In this document: positions 30,352 to 40,937 of the stretch, piece after piece | Position numbering within the stretch: the first letter of the stretch is position 1 | Layout: each line of letters opens with the position of its first letter | DNA from: Candidatus Moraniibacteriota bacterium | GTDB taxonomy: Bacteria; Patescibacteriota; Minisyncoccia; Moranbacterales; UBA1568 | Length of the DNA stretch: 64,000 nt | Reading direction: 5' to 3' | Assembly (NCBI GenBank): GCA_028688415.1 | Contig: JAQTYF010000001.1 | Location: 464,627 to 528,626 of the forward strand | Program-made: the position numbers and the translations under genes | The notes under the pieces: model-generated | Database searches by the model: none | Told to the model about the DNA's origin: nothing | Seen by the model: only the letters and a program-made list of their open reading frames with translations

Positions 30352-30867
30352 TTAAAGGGTTATTTTGAAAGTAAACTGCACAATCCCTTCTTTTCTCTCT
30401 AGTGATTCAACGGCAACATCCCGGGCCAGCCCATTTGTTTTGAAACTCGCAATTTGTTGGGCTATGTATTTGAAATCATCTGTCTCACCTTCTATCGAAA
30501 CAGACCCTGTCTCCTTGTTGAATTCATATTTTGTCAAACGGATATTTGAAATAACAGAAGATTCGAGCTGATTCAATATCTCATCCGTATTTACAGCAGT
30601 TTTTATTTGATCTCGAGCAAAAGTCACACGAGCATCCAGTGCAGCGATCCGATCCACTTTCGCTCCTTTAATATCCTGAGAGTTTGTCGCAAGGAGAGTT
30701 TGTTTTTCAGAAAACGTTTTATCCAATGATTTGATATAGAATTGCATCCCACCCCATACTGCCAAAAGGAGAAAGAATACAAAAATAATAAGAGACGAGC
30801 TATTGAAAAACCGTGACGTTTCCCTGCTCCGCTCTGGCACTGATGATGAGAGATTGATCCCTTCCAT
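30352..30867 (-). CDS. pilN: PilN-like pilus assembly protein
   Basis: Single TM after a short cytoplasmic N-terminus; positioned after pilM. Confidence 0.55.
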   Translation of the reverse strand: MEGINLSSSVPERSRETSRFFNSSSLIIFVFFLLLAVWGGMQFYIKSLDKTFSEKQTLLATNSQDIKGAKVDRIAALDARVTFARDQIKTAVNTDEILNQLESSVISNIRLTKYEFNKETGSVSIEGETDDFKYIAQQIASFKTNGLARDVAVESLERKEGIVQFTFKITL

Positions 30868-30928
30868 TTTTTTATGTTTTATTATTTTGATTTAGATATG
30901 AAAAAAAATGAGAACAATTCTTTTTACT

Positions 30929-32053
30929 TCATAATTTTTTTGTAAATATATCTTTGAAAGAAAATTTCTTTTTTGTCATGAGAGGATTTTCGGTATTTTC
31001 TTTCTCTGCTGAGAGAGCGTCAACTCCTGCAAGAGCAAGTCCGACTGCTACAGAGAAGGATGTGCCGAGCTCTTGAATCTGAGTTTCGAGTGCTGAATCA
31101 TATTGGATACGTTGCCAAGGATTACCCATCACCACAGGCAGATGCAGTAGTTCAGTATAATAGTCGACAATACCAGCAAAATGCGCTGTCCCACCCGAAA
31201 GAAATACTTTCTCACATTTTGTTTCGGGGTGTTTCACTTGATATGACTCGAGCATCCGCAGAGCTTCGTTCCCGATGGATTGCAACGAAAGAAAAGAGAG
31301 GCTCGTTCCTTGGGAAGTAAAGAAATTTTTTCCACTCTTTTTCAATGATTCGGCTCGTTCATTCGTCACGCCGAGACTCTCCTGTATGACATGAGTCACG
31401 TCTCTCCCGCCAGTATCGAGATTGCGACTGATTTTCACTATGCCATTGTCCACCAAGATGAGATTGGTCGCGCGAGAACCGATATCGATAATAAGAAACA
31501 CGCCCTTTTCATTCCCGACAATTGATCGTGTCAGAGAAAATGTTTCGAGTTCGAGTGTGTCTATTTTCAGGCCAGTTTCTATCGCATATCGCTCATAACG
31601 TGCAATTTCTTTGTTGAGAGCTGATACGAGCAGAACTTCCATTTGTTTTCCTTTGTCAGGAGTATCCACGACACCGATCACTTTCCAGCTCAGAGCGATT
31701 TCATCCAAAGATGAAGGGATGTATTTTCGTGCTTCAAAGCGTACGGCTTCTTTGAGCTCTGACTCTTCCATAAGAGGAAGCTCAACAAAAAATATCAGTC
31801 CTGAAAAAGCAGGCATCGCCATGTATGCCGACACACTTTCTGGTTTCATATTCTGCTGTAACGTCTTCAGATAGTCGATGGTCTGTTGTTCATACGAGAC
31901 AGCCGGATCGTCACCGACAGATTGATTGACATAGACCTGTCCGTAATTGACGAGTACAGGTTGATTATTTTTGAGAGAAAGTTCCACAGCTTTTATCGAA
32001 CCCGTTCCGAAATCAATACCGAGGAAATGAGGTGTTCCAAAACCAAATGCCAT
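30929..32053 (-). CDS. pilM: Type IV pilus assembly ATPase-fold protein PilM
   Basis: Actin-like fold with FLGIDFGTGSIKAVEL. The ORF extends to 32098; the start is taken at MAFGFG. Confidence 0.8.
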   Translation of the reverse strand: MAFGFGTPHFLGIDFGTGSIKAVELSLKNNQPVLVNYGQVYVNQSVGDDPAVSYEQQTIDYLKTLQQNMKPESVSAYMAMPAFSGLIFFVELPLMEESELKEAVRFEARKYIPSSLDEIALSWKVIGVVDTPDKGKQMEVLLVSALNKEIARYERYAIETGLKIDTLELETFSLTRSIVGNEKGVFLIIDIGSRATNLILVDNGIVKISRNLDTGGRDVTHVIQESLGVTNERAESLKKSGKNFFTSQGTSLSFLSLQSIGNEALRMLESYQVKHPETKCEKVFLSGGTAHFAGIVDYYTELLHLPVVMGNPWQRIQYDSALETQIQELGTSFSVAVGLALAGVDALSAEKENTENPLMTKKKFSFKDIFTKKL

Positions 32054-32300
32054 ATATGTGTATTTATATTTTCTTTCTACAAAAATACTATAGCACATTT
32101 TGAGAAAGAACCAAAATATTTCTCCATCCTTCTCATCATGTCATTCTCTCTCCATTTTCCATACAAAAAATGCTTTCTCTTCTCTTGTGAAAGAGCACAA
32201 GAAAACAAGAAGACTGACATTGACATATCGCTTGAGAAAAAATAGAATAGATGTACTCTATTTATCTCATAGAGAGTATGTATGATTTCCATAAAAATGT

Positions 32301-34781
32301 ATGTTTGAAACGAATTTCAGCCAAAAATTGACACTCCACGCGAAACACAGTCTGAAAGAGGCTCGTGATATTGCTCGTTTCACCCGACACAACACGATAG
32401 AACCAGAACACCTCCTCATTGCTCTCTTTCTCGAACAGACGAGTCTCGGGAGCATACTTCTCGAAAATATGGGTTTCGAGAAAGAATCTCTTGCCAAACT
32501 CTGTTTCAAGAAAAAAACAGGCGGAAAAATACTTCCTGAATCAACCGTCATACCACTCTCTTCATCGGTCAAAGATATTCTTCGTCGTTCCTATGCTCTC
32601 GCCAATCAATTCCATTATCCCTATGTTGGTACGGAACACCTCGCTTTTGCCCTTTTTGAATCAGAAGAAAAAAATGCACTCGAAAAAATACTCGTGACAC
32701 TTCACATCAGTCGAGCCAAGATACAATCTACATTCAAAGCGCACCTCAATTTCGATCATTTTCCTCAACTCGCCAAAATGCTCGATCTTCCTGACAATCT
32801 CCTGACCAAACAAACCACTTCCAGAGGCCTCACTCCATTTCTCGATCAGTACGCTGTCGATATGGCCAAAGGGTCAGTCTATGCGAGCGATATCCTCATC
32901 GGACGAGAGAATGAGACTGACCGCATCATACAAATACTCACTCGGAAACAGAAGAACAACCCCCTCCTTATCGGTGAGCCAGGTGTCGGAAAGACAGCTC
33001 TCGTAGCCGCTCTCGCCAAGATGATCTCGTCTGGTGGTGCTCCTCATTCACTTCATGGCAAACGTATTCTCCTCCTCGACCTCACACTCGTCGTGGCAGG
33101 GACCAATTTCCGTGGCGAATTCGAATCGCGTCTCAAAGAAATCCTGCGTGAAGCAATGCAAAACAAAAACATCATTCTTTTCATCGATGAGATACATACG
33201 ATTGTCGGAGCGGGCAATACGAGCGGTGGCCTCGATGCAGCGAACATACTCAAACCTGCTCTCTCTCGTGGCGAAATCCAAGTGATAGGAGCGACCACTT
33301 TTGCTGAATACAAGCGTCATATCGAAAAAGATCCTGCGCTCGATCGTCGTTTTCAGTCTGTCATCGTCGCAGAACCAACCGTCGAAGAAACCAAAGAAAT
33401 TCTCTGGAATATCAAAAAAAGTTACGAGGACTTTCATCACATCGCTCTCTCAAAGGATGTGATCGATACCGCTGTCGATATGAGTGTTCGGTTCATCCCT
33501 GATCGTTTCTTGCCAGACAAAGCGCTCGATATCATCGATGAGGCATCTGCTCTCGCCAAGCAAAAACGTGAAGCTTCCGAAACTATCAAACTCTTGATGG
33601 AACTCGAGGAAGAACTCATCACCACAAAAGAACTCAAGGAATCACTCATCCAAGGTGAGAAATACGATGATGCTGGTAAGTGGCTCGCTCGAGAAAAAAC
33701 TCTTCAGAAAAAAATCGCTGGACTCCAAGTAGCACACAAACACCATCCAGAAAGTGAGCGTGTCGTAGTCACTCTCGAGCACATTCTCAAAACCGTCTCA
33801 CATATGGCACATATTCCTTTTGCGAAACTTGCCAAAGAAAATCCGCGCCAGAAACTCACTCATATACAGAAGGCTCTCGGACAATACCTCGTCGGTCAGG
33901 CAGAAGTGAGTCAGGCGCTCGAACAAACACTGACTCGATCACTTTCGAATATCGGTGACCCTGATCGTCCTCTTGGATCATTCCTCTTCCTTGGTCCTAC
34001 AGGAGTCGGCAAGACACTCACTGCCAAAATTCTCGCTCGGGAATTCTTCGGTGATGAAAACAATCTCATCCGTCTCGATATGAGCGAGTTTATGGAACGT
34101 CACAGTGTCGCACAGATTCTCGGTGCTCCCGCAGGATATATCGGGTATGGTGAAGGCGGAAAATTGACCGAACAAGTCCGTCGTAAACCCTATTCTGTCA
34201 TATTATTCGATGAAATCGAAAAAGCACATCCCGATATCTTCAATATTCTCCTTCAGATCTTAGACGAAGGGGTACTTACCGATGCCGAAGGACGCAAGGT
34301 GAGCTTCCGTAACACGCTTATTGTACTCACATCCAATATTGGTACGAGCTCTTTCACGCAGACCGCTCGTATCGGTTTTGCCAAGAATATCAATACTTCA
34401 GATCTCCACGAACAATTCGATTCAATCAAACGCGAGGTACTGAACACTCTCAAGAAAGAACTTCGTCCAGAACTCCTCGCTCGTCTCGACCACACGCTTG
34501 TGTTTAATGCCCTGAGTGAAAAAGCAGTCGAACAGGTTGTCGCTCTCGAACTCTCCTCACTTGTCAGACGACTCGAAAAACAAGGTATCACACTCACCTA
34601 TCCTCGATCGCTCGAACAGTATATTGCCAAGAAAAGCTTTGCGCCAGAACAAGGTGCTCGTCTCGTCAAGAAAAATATACAGGATATAGTAGAAAGAAGT
34701 ATTGCGACGAGACTCCTCGATATGCCTAACAAAAAAACACTTCGTCTTTCGTTGAAAAAAGATTCTGTTTTGTGCATCTAA
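32301..34781 (+). CDS. clpC: Clp/Hsp100 family AAA+ chaperone ATPase (ClpC/ClpB-like)
   Basis: Clp_N repeats and two AAA modules (GEPGVGKTA, GPTGVGKT); 826 aa. Confidence 0.85.
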   Translation: MFETNFSQKLTLHAKHSLKEARDIARFTRHNTIEPEHLLIALFLEQTSLGSILLENMGFEKESLAKLCFKKKTGGKILPESTVIPLSSSVKDILRRSYALANQFHYPYVGTEHLAFALFESEEKNALEKILVTLHISRAKIQSTFKAHLNFDHFPQLAKMLDLPDNLLTKQTTSRGLTPFLDQYAVDMAKGSVYASDILIGRENETDRIIQILTRKQKNNPLLIGEPGVGKTALVAALAKMISSGGAPHSLHGKRILLLDLTLVVAGTNFRGEFESRLKEILREAMQNKNIILFIDEIHTIVGAGNTSGGLDAANILKPALSRGEIQVIGATTFAEYKRHIEKDPALDRRFQSVIVAEPTVEETKEILWNIKKSYEDFHHIALSKDVIDTAVDMSVRFIPDRFLPDKALDIIDEASALAKQKREASETIKLLMELEEELITTKELKESLIQGEKYDDAGKWLAREKTLQKKIAGLQVAHKHHPESERVVVTLEHILKTVSHMAHIPFAKLAKENPRQKLTHIQKALGQYLVGQAEVSQALEQTLTRSLSNIGDPDRPLGSFLFLGPTGVGKTLTAKILAREFFGDENNLIRLDMSEFMERHSVAQILGAPAGYIGYGEGGKLTEQVRRKPYSVILFDEIEKAHPDIFNILLQILDEGVLTDAEGRKVSFRNTLIVLTSNIGTSSFTQTARIGFAKNINTSDLHEQFDSIKREVLNTLKKELRPELLARLDHTLVFNALSEKAVEQVVALELSSLVRRLEKQGITLTYPRSLEQYIAKKSFAPEQGARLVKKNIQDIVERSIATRLLDMPNKKTLRLSLKKDSVLCI

Positions 34782-35521
34782 CTATTGCTTCATTTTTTCG
34801 TTCTCCTGCCTTCAGGACATTCTGGGACTCGTGTCTCGATACATTCTTCCCTGTTTTTTGTCTGGGCTGTGGCGCATACGGGACTGCTCTCTGCGATCAC
34901 TGTCTCCAGATATTTCCCCGTCGACTAGAACAACGATGTCCGACATGTGTACGAAATACGACACCACGAGGAGAGGTCTGCTTCGACTGTGTCGGAAAAA
35001 GCGCTCTCGACGGACTCTTCGCTGGATCGATCTACCGATTTCCTCTTGTATCTCACACGCTTCATACGTTCAAATACCGATTTATTGCGCCTCTCGCCTC
35101 CTCGCTCGGTACCTGGCTCGCAGAGAGGGTACAAGAGACCAATCTTCCCCTCCCTGATGCCATCATCCCTGTCCCACTCCATCCCAGACGACTGCGATTT
35201 CGTGGGTTCAATCAGTCCCTCCTCATCGCAGAAGTACTCGCGGATACACTCACTCCGGGTCTCGATACTCTGGTACTCGCAAACGTATTGCTCCGCACCC
35301 GATATACCAAACCACAGATGAAGACGCAAAGTAAAGAAGAGCGTCAGGGTAATCTCACGGGAGCATTCACGATCGCCCCAGAATATACATCACTCATACA
35401 AGACAAATCCATCTGGCTCATCGATGATGTCTCGACAACAGGTACAACTCTCGAAGAATGTGCTCTCGTCCTCAAAAAATCTGGTGCCAAGAGTGTTTTC
35501 GGTATTGTTCTCGCACGCTAA
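34772..35521 (+). CDS. comFC: ComF family phosphoribosyltransferase-domain protein
   Basis: N-terminal Cys-rich zinc finger and C-terminal PRTase motif LIDDVSTTGTTL. Confidence 0.75.
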   Translation: MHLTIASFFRSPAFRTFWDSCLDTFFPVFCLGCGAYGTALCDHCLQIFPRRLEQRCPTCVRNTTPRGEVCFDCVGKSALDGLFAGSIYRFPLVSHTLHTFKYRFIAPLASSLGTWLAERVQETNLPLPDAIIPVPLHPRRLRFRGFNQSLLIAEVLADTLTPGLDTLVLANVLLRTRYTKPQMKTQSKEERQGNLTGAFTIAPEYTSLIQDKSIWLIDDVSTTGTTLEECALVLKKSGAKSVFGIVLAR

Positions 35522-35524
35522 AAC

Positions 35525-35559
35525 AAAAAAGTTACGTAATGAATTACGTAACTTTTTTT
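35525..35559. terminator. Bidirectional intrinsic terminator
   Basis: aaaaaagttacgtaat-gaa-ttacgtaactttttt: a perfect 13-bp stem flanked by A6 and T7. Confidence 0.7.
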
Positions 35560-35580
35560 ATGAGAGATTGAAAAGGAGAA

Positions 35581-36333
35581 CTAGTATTCGACGAAGTACT
35601 GAATTTTCGCTTTTTCTTTGAGATCATTCACCCATTTCTCTGCCTCTGTATTGAATTTTTGTCCTTTCAGTTGTTCGCGCACTTGATTCTTCATATCTTC
35701 TGAATTTGTTCCTTTCGGCAGAAGCGTCTTATTTTCTTCGAGATATGTGTTGATTTCTTCATCACTTACCGCCACTTTGTCCGCCAACACCTGCTCCAAT
35801 TGTTTACTGATGATGATCTGATCACGGAGCTCTGTCACTGTCATTCCTTGTGAAGCAAGTGCTTCTTCGAGTGTTCCTCCTTGTGTAGATACCTGATCTT
35901 CTATTTTCTTCATTTCTGCATCGATATCCGCATCACTCACCACGATTCCTGCTTTCTTGATTTCTCCATCAATAAGTTTCTTGGTGATCATCGTTTCCAC
36001 AATACTCTTTCCTGCCTTGCTTTCGAGTTCCTTCACGACACTGAGACGGCTGATCGGACTTCCATTGACTGTTGCTACGACAAATACTCCTCGATACATA
36101 TAGAAAGCAAGAGAAAACACAGCAAAGATAGCAATCACTACAACGAAACTCTTCGTCGTACGGCTCGTCCCTGCGACAAAGTCTTTCCATTCCTGCATTT
36201 TCATCACCAAAGTTTTTTTCGATTCCGAAGATTTTGTATCAAAACTTTCTTCCTCGATTCTTTCTGTTTTTGGTGTTTCTACCACTTCTGTTTCTGGTTT
36301 CTTTACTTCTTCTTTGATTGTTTCATTTTCCAT
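35581..36333 (-). CDS. SurA-N/PpiC-like chaperone domain protein (membrane anchored)
   Basis: N-terminal acidic low-complexity region, a TM helix, then a SurA_N-like helical domain. Confidence 0.45.
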   Translation of the reverse strand: MENETIKEEVKKPETEVVETPKTERIEEESFDTKSSESKKTLVMKMQEWKDFVAGTSRTTKSFVVVIAIFAVFSLAFYMYRGVFVVATVNGSPISRLSVVKELESKAGKSIVETMITKKLIDGEIKKAGIVVSDADIDAEMKKIEDQVSTQGGTLEEALASQGMTVTELRDQIIISKQLEQVLADKVAVSDEEINTYLEENKTLLPKGTNSEDMKNQVREQLKGQKFNTEAEKWVNDLKEKAKIQYFVEY

Positions 36334-36474
36334 AACCGTATCTGCTAAAAAAATTAATCTGATTTACTTAAAAAAAGAAAAGATAGCGTTTCTTCTTTGA
36401 TGTATTTTAGCATAAAATGAAAAAGGTGTCATTCAATAAAAATCAAGTCGCAAACGGTCTATGCTCAGCATTAT

Positions 36475-38346
36475 CTAACGAATATTGTCCAATAGTTGAT
36501 TAAAGTCTGTGCCAATCCATCGCTTTACCTCCTTCCCCTCGCTACCAAGAAGAATCAGTGTTGTTTGAAGGGTTACCTTATGCTTTATTTTCATTTCACG
36601 ATCCTTATCAAAATCAACCTTCACAACAATTACATCCTGAGGCAATTCATTCAAACGCTCACGGATTTCCTGGTCAAGAACGACACAATTCGAACACCAC
36701 GTCGTAGCAGCGAAGAAAAGCACTACTCTACCTGATTGCTTCGCAAAGACATACGACTCTGGTGAATAGTCCACATACTGCAGATGATTTGCGAAAACCT
36801 GATTCTTCAAATCTGGGCGCACAGCAGAGAGAGTGACGTCATCTTGTTCGATAGAAGCGGTATATAACACAAACACAAACCCGAAGACGATCACTCCAAG
36901 AGCTAATAATCGGGAAGTACGAGTTTGTTTCATATGAAAGAGAAATGCGAGAAGTTTCTTCGATTGATCAGTGAGTTTTCTGCTCATAAATTGGAGTGCG
37001 ATCGATCGGTTGATGCGTGTTGCAGTCGGATACGGATACACCTTATTCAAAAACTTCTTCAAACTTAGCTTATTCGCTTGAGCGAACATGAGCTCTTGCG
37101 TGAGTTCTCCTGCATTATGCGCTACCATCGTACCGCCCAGCACAATTCCTTTTCTAGAAACAAAAAGTTTCATCTTCCCCTGTACATATTCATCTACAAT
37201 CGCACGATCATCACTTAAGAAATCACTTTTCAAAACATCATAATCCACCGATCGTTCTCTTAAAGTCTTCTCATCGAGTCCAAAAGTGGCAATTTCCGGA
37301 CTCGTATACGTCACCCAGGCCATCGCATCGGCATTGAGTTTCTTCGGTATTGGAGAAAAAAAGTTTTTGATAATGAGCGACGCATGAAGCTCTGCTGCAT
37401 GGGTAAACATATGCCCTCCCGCCACATCACCACATACAAGAACACCTTTATTCGTCGTTCGTAAATATGAATCAACAATAAGTCCGCCTCGATCATTGAC
37501 TTCTATGCCAGCTGATTCGAGGTTCAGCCCATCGAGATTCAATTCTCGTCCGATAGAAACAAGCAGTGCATCTGCGAGGATTTCACGCGTTTCACCTACT
37601 TCATTACTCACCACGAGTACCTTGCCATCTTTCACTGCTTTTGGTCTATAGCCGAGCAAGAAATCCACTCCGTCTTTTTCAAGTCGTTCTCTCAGCACCG
37701 AAACCATCTCAGGATCTTCTTTATCGAGCAGACCTGATCCGACAACCGTTACTTTGGTTCCTAAAAGAGCGAGTGATTGTCCGAGTTCAATACCGATTGG
37801 ACCAGCGCCAATTACAACGAGTCTCTCTGGTAAAGTATTCAGTGAAAAAATAGTTTCATTCGTGAATACTTTCATCAATTCTATTCCAGGAATACTTAAT
37901 TGACGCGGACGAGATCCTGTCGCAAGGATAATTTTTTTACCACAATACTGTTTACCTGCAACTTCGATTGTTTCGCTGTCAACAAACTGCGCCTTCCCCA
38001 ATACAACAGTCATACCAAGCTTGCGAAAATGATCCGCGTTTTCATGTGTACGGATAGTTTCTTGTTTCTTAGAGACATACTCCATCACTTTCTTCACATC
38101 AATAGCTCCAGATATTGTGAGTCCAAACTTCTTAGCCTCTCTGCCATCATGTACCAATCGTGCAACATGTATCAGCGCTTTGGATGGCACACAACCGAAG
38201 TTCAAACAATCTCCTCCAATAGATCGGTCTTCTTTATCGACGAGCAGTACAGAGAATCCAACGCGATTCATAAATCCAGCGATATTGAGTCCACCTGAGC
38301 CAGCACCAATAACAATTACATCAAATGTATTAGAATTTTTTTTCAT
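36475..38346 (-). CDS. Class I pyridine nucleotide-disulfide oxidoreductase fused to a C-terminal TM segment and thioredoxin-like domain
   Basis: FAD site VIVIGAGSGG, redox disulfide GGDCLNFGCVPSK, a hydrophobic helix LLALGVIVFGFVFVLY, then the Trx motif ATTWCSNCVVL. Confidence 0.75.
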   Translation of the reverse strand: MKKNSNTFDVIVIGAGSGGLNIAGFMNRVGFSVLLVDKEDRSIGGDCLNFGCVPSKALIHVARLVHDGREAKKFGLTISGAIDVKKVMEYVSKKQETIRTHENADHFRKLGMTVVLGKAQFVDSETIEVAGKQYCGKKIILATGSRPRQLSIPGIELMKVFTNETIFSLNTLPERLVVIGAGPIGIELGQSLALLGTKVTVVGSGLLDKEDPEMVSVLRERLEKDGVDFLLGYRPKAVKDGKVLVVSNEVGETREILADALLVSIGRELNLDGLNLESAGIEVNDRGGLIVDSYLRTTNKGVLVCGDVAGGHMFTHAAELHASLIIKNFFSPIPKKLNADAMAWVTYTSPEIATFGLDEKTLRERSVDYDVLKSDFLSDDRAIVDEYVQGKMKLFVSRKGIVLGGTMVAHNAGELTQELMFAQANKLSLKKFLNKVYPYPTATRINRSIALQFMSRKLTDQSKKLLAFLFHMKQTRTSRLLALGVIVFGFVFVLYTASIEQDDVTLSAVRPDLKNQVFANHLQYVDYSPESYVFAKQSGRVVLFFAATTWCSNCVVLDQEIRERLNELPQDVIVVKVDFDKDREMKIKHKVTLQTTLILLGSEGKEVKRWIGTDFNQLLDNIR

Positions 38347-38956
38347 AAAATTTTCCTACGTAGGTTAATAAAACAATACCAATAAGAGCAAACAATACAT
38401 TTACTGGACTCAACATTCGAAGAGACTCTCCGAAATACACAAACAAAAATGTTCCCGGAATCATTCCAAAGAATGATCCTACGATGTACTGTTTCAAAGA
38501 AACGCTCGTCAAACCAAAAAGAAAATTTAAAACATTAAAAGGAAAGAGGGGTATGAGCCGAAGAGCAATAACCGTTGCAAGTGGCTTTCTTTCTAATCTT
38601 TCTTCATAGATTTTGAGAGTCGGATATTTGGCGAGAAGCATATTCTGCACATATTCTCTCAGAGTATATCGTGCCAAAAGAAAAGCGAGTGTCGCTCCCA
38701 AAGTATTGCCTACGAGCGCCGTGATGGTTCCGAGTAAATTGCCGAGCAATGAACCAGACAGAAGCGTGAGTGGCGTTCCAGGAAAACCAATGACAGCAAA
38801 CAGACCTTTTAATACAATAAGCGTACCAATTGTCATCATAATATTTCCAACACTCTGAGCTTCCAAATTTTTTACAAAAGACAACACTTCTATCCGATAC
38901 AGAAATGTCAGTAGTGAAAGCATGGCGACTACTATAATCAGTATAATCTTTTTCAT
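38330..38956 (-). CDS. DedA/TVP38 family membrane protein
   Basis: SNARE-associated-type core motif; 208 aa polytopic. Confidence 0.65.
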   Translation of the reverse strand: MKKIILIIVVAMLSLLTFLYRIEVLSFVKNLEAQSVGNIMMTIGTLIVLKGLFAVIGFPGTPLTLLSGSLLGNLLGTITALVGNTLGATLAFLLARYTLREYVQNMLLAKYPTLKIYEERLERKPLATVIALRLIPLFPFNVLNFLFGLTSVSLKQYIVGSFFGMIPGTFLFVYFGESLRMLSPVNVLFALIGIVLLTYVGKFYEKKF

Positions 38957-39600
38957 ATTTTCTTTTGAATAATTGATTGTCGTATCATATACACTACCAT
39001 CAGAAATGCGCCTATCTCGACGAGAACAATCATCTGAGAACCAATCGGAAGTGTACCTGCATAAGAAAAAAGAATCGCAAACGGAGTCACTCCTATCAAT
39101 GTAGAAAGAAAAAAGAGACGATGAGACAAGGATGAGAATAATCCGATACCATAAGAGAGCACATCAACAGGAACGATCATTCGAAGGAACACAATAGTCC
39201 AAAAAATATTTTTCTGAGAAAGTTGTTTCTCAAAATTTGTAATTTTCTCCAATGAAATAAACTTTTTCACAAACAAACGCCCATATCTTCGGGAGAGAAA
39301 AAAAGCAATTTGCGAACCCATAGTCCACCCGATGACAGAGAGTACGCTGGTTATTTGAAAGCCCCATACACTTACAGCAATCGGTATGAGAGGAAGCGTA
39401 GAGACTGGGGCGAACACGATAGCGAGTCCTGTAATGAAAACGTAGCTGACCATACCAAAAACTCCCTGATACTTTACAATATTTTGAATATCATTTTGAT
39501 ATGTCTGTGCAAATATGGTGGCTATAACGAAAAAAATCACAACAACAAGAAAACCAATTGTTGCACCGATTATTTTTTTATTGAAGAACTTCTCTAACAT
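38953..39600 (-). CDS. DedA/TVP38 family membrane protein (second paralog)
   Basis: 215 aa polytopic; tandem with the previous gene. Confidence 0.6.
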   Translation of the reverse strand: MLEKFFNKKIIGATIGFLVVVIFFVIATIFAQTYQNDIQNIVKYQGVFGMVSYVFITGLAIVFAPVSTLPLIPIAVSVWGFQITSVLSVIGWTMGSQIAFFLSRRYGRLFVKKFISLEKITNFEKQLSQKNIFWTIVFLRMIVPVDVLSYGIGLFSSLSHRLFFLSTLIGVTPFAILFSYAGTLPIGSQMIVLVEIGAFLMVVYMIRQSIIQKKI

Positions 39601-39650
39601 ATCCCTTCCCTATTATTTCCTATATTGTACCCTATCGACATTTCAACATT

Positions 39651-40367
39651 TCAACGGAGAAATTTAGTTTCGATTTGACTCACATCAAAATAACCCTGTT
39701 CGATAAGGAACGATTCCGCTTCTTTGTCCCATCCGAATATGATAGCCAATCCAACAAAAATAAGGATTCCTCCTAATATCTTCTTGAATTTTCCTTGCGG
39801 ATCAGAAGCCCATTTCATCTTACCAATCGCCCTCTGACCGAAAAACGCAACAAGTAGCAGTACCACCGAAAGACCAACTGCATACGCTATGAGATTAGCA
39901 ATCCCAACAGCAAAACTCTGTGGCAATACTATAGCAACTATCAGTGCGTATGTCGGACTACAGCTCGAAAAAACTGGACCGAGCGCCATACCAACCAATA
40001 CCCCGCCCCACCTCCCGCTGTGCTGATGCGAATCATGCAGAAGGTTTTGTGATCGATTACCAAAACCAAAAGCAGTCTCGATCTTCCCCCACAACTGAGG
40101 GAAGAACGTAACAAAACCAAAAACAAGAACAATGCCACCAGAAATTCCTTTCCAGACTTCCGGAGGCACAGCAATCAGAGCAGTACTCGACTTCAAAAGT
40201 AATGTAAAAAGAACAATCGATAGTGCGAGTGATCCTGTAACAATAAACGGTCTCAGACGATCACGATCTACCACTGATCCGCCGATAATCACAGGAAGTA
40301 CAGGGAGTACGCACGGTGCTAAAATTGTGAGTACTCCTGCTAGAAATGAGAAAAAAAGAATTTCCAT
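39651..40367 (-). CDS. ccdA: Cytochrome c-type biogenesis / thiol-disulfide transmembrane electron transfer protein CcdA (DsbD family)
   Basis: LAGVLTILAPCVLPVLPV with the second Cys in SSCSPTYALIV. Confidence 0.8.
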   Translation of the reverse strand: MEILFFSFLAGVLTILAPCVLPVLPVIIGGSVVDRDRLRPFIVTGSLALSIVLFTLLLKSSTALIAVPPEVWKGISGGIVLVFGFVTFFPQLWGKIETAFGFGNRSQNLLHDSHQHSGRWGGVLVGMALGPVFSSCSPTYALIVAIVLPQSFAVGIANLIAYAVGLSVVLLLVAFFGQRAIGKMKWASDPQGKFKKILGGILIFVGLAIIFGWDKEAESFLIEQGYFDVSQIETKFLR

Positions 40368-40368
40368 A

Positions 40369-40902
40369 TTATTCTATTTCACGTACAAGATCATTCAGTG
40401 TCACCGAGCCACCCCACTTCGCAATTTCTTTCCCGTCCGCATCGACTTGCACAATCGTGTGTTGCATCACAACGCCATATTTCTTTTTTAAATCAGTATA
40501 TTTGTCATAATCAACATCCAAGATAGTCACATTTGCCGGAATCTCATTTAGATGCGCACGAATATCAGCATCGAGAGCTTTACACGAAGGACACCAAGAT
40601 GCTCTGAAGAAGAGTGCTACTTTCCCGTCATTAGCCTTGACCAATTTGACTGGATCATACACTTCATATGAACCAACGCCTTGGTTCACTGTCTCTACTA
40701 CTGCTTCCGACTCTTCAGTTTCGATCACGACGCTTTGCTGATTTTCTTGTTTTACAACGTTTTTAATAGGAGTATTTTTTCTCGCAAGAAATATGTACCC
40801 ACCAGCTACTATCAGTACGAGTACTATTCCTACGAACATTTTATCATGTACACACATTCCTACTTTTTCTTGACACCCACTCATTGGACAAACTTTAGAC
40901 AT
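40369..40902 (-). CDS. Membrane-anchored thioredoxin-like protein (TlpA/ResA-like)
   Basis: N-terminal CPMSGC..C.H, a TM helix, and the Trx motif FFRASWCPSCK. The Trx domain is paralogous to the C-terminus of the 36475-38346 protein. Confidence 0.7.
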   Translation of the reverse strand: MSKVCPMSGCQEKVGMCVHDKMFVGIVLVLIVAGGYIFLARKNTPIKNVVKQENQQSVVIETEESEAVVETVNQGVGSYEVYDPVKLVKANDGKVALFFRASWCPSCKALDADIRAHLNEIPANVTILDVDYDKYTDLKKKYGVVMQHTIVQVDADGKEIAKWGGSVTLNDLVREIE

Positions 40903-40937
40903 ACTCTTTTATTTTAAAAAATTATTTATATTTTCAA

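Noticed and set aside
36475-38346. Mercuric reductase (MerA) call for the disulfide oxidoreductase next to an ArsR-type regulator
   Set aside because: There is no N-terminal HMA (GMTCxxC) domain and no C-terminal Cys-Cys pair. The C-terminus is a thioredoxin fold instead, and no merT or merP is present.
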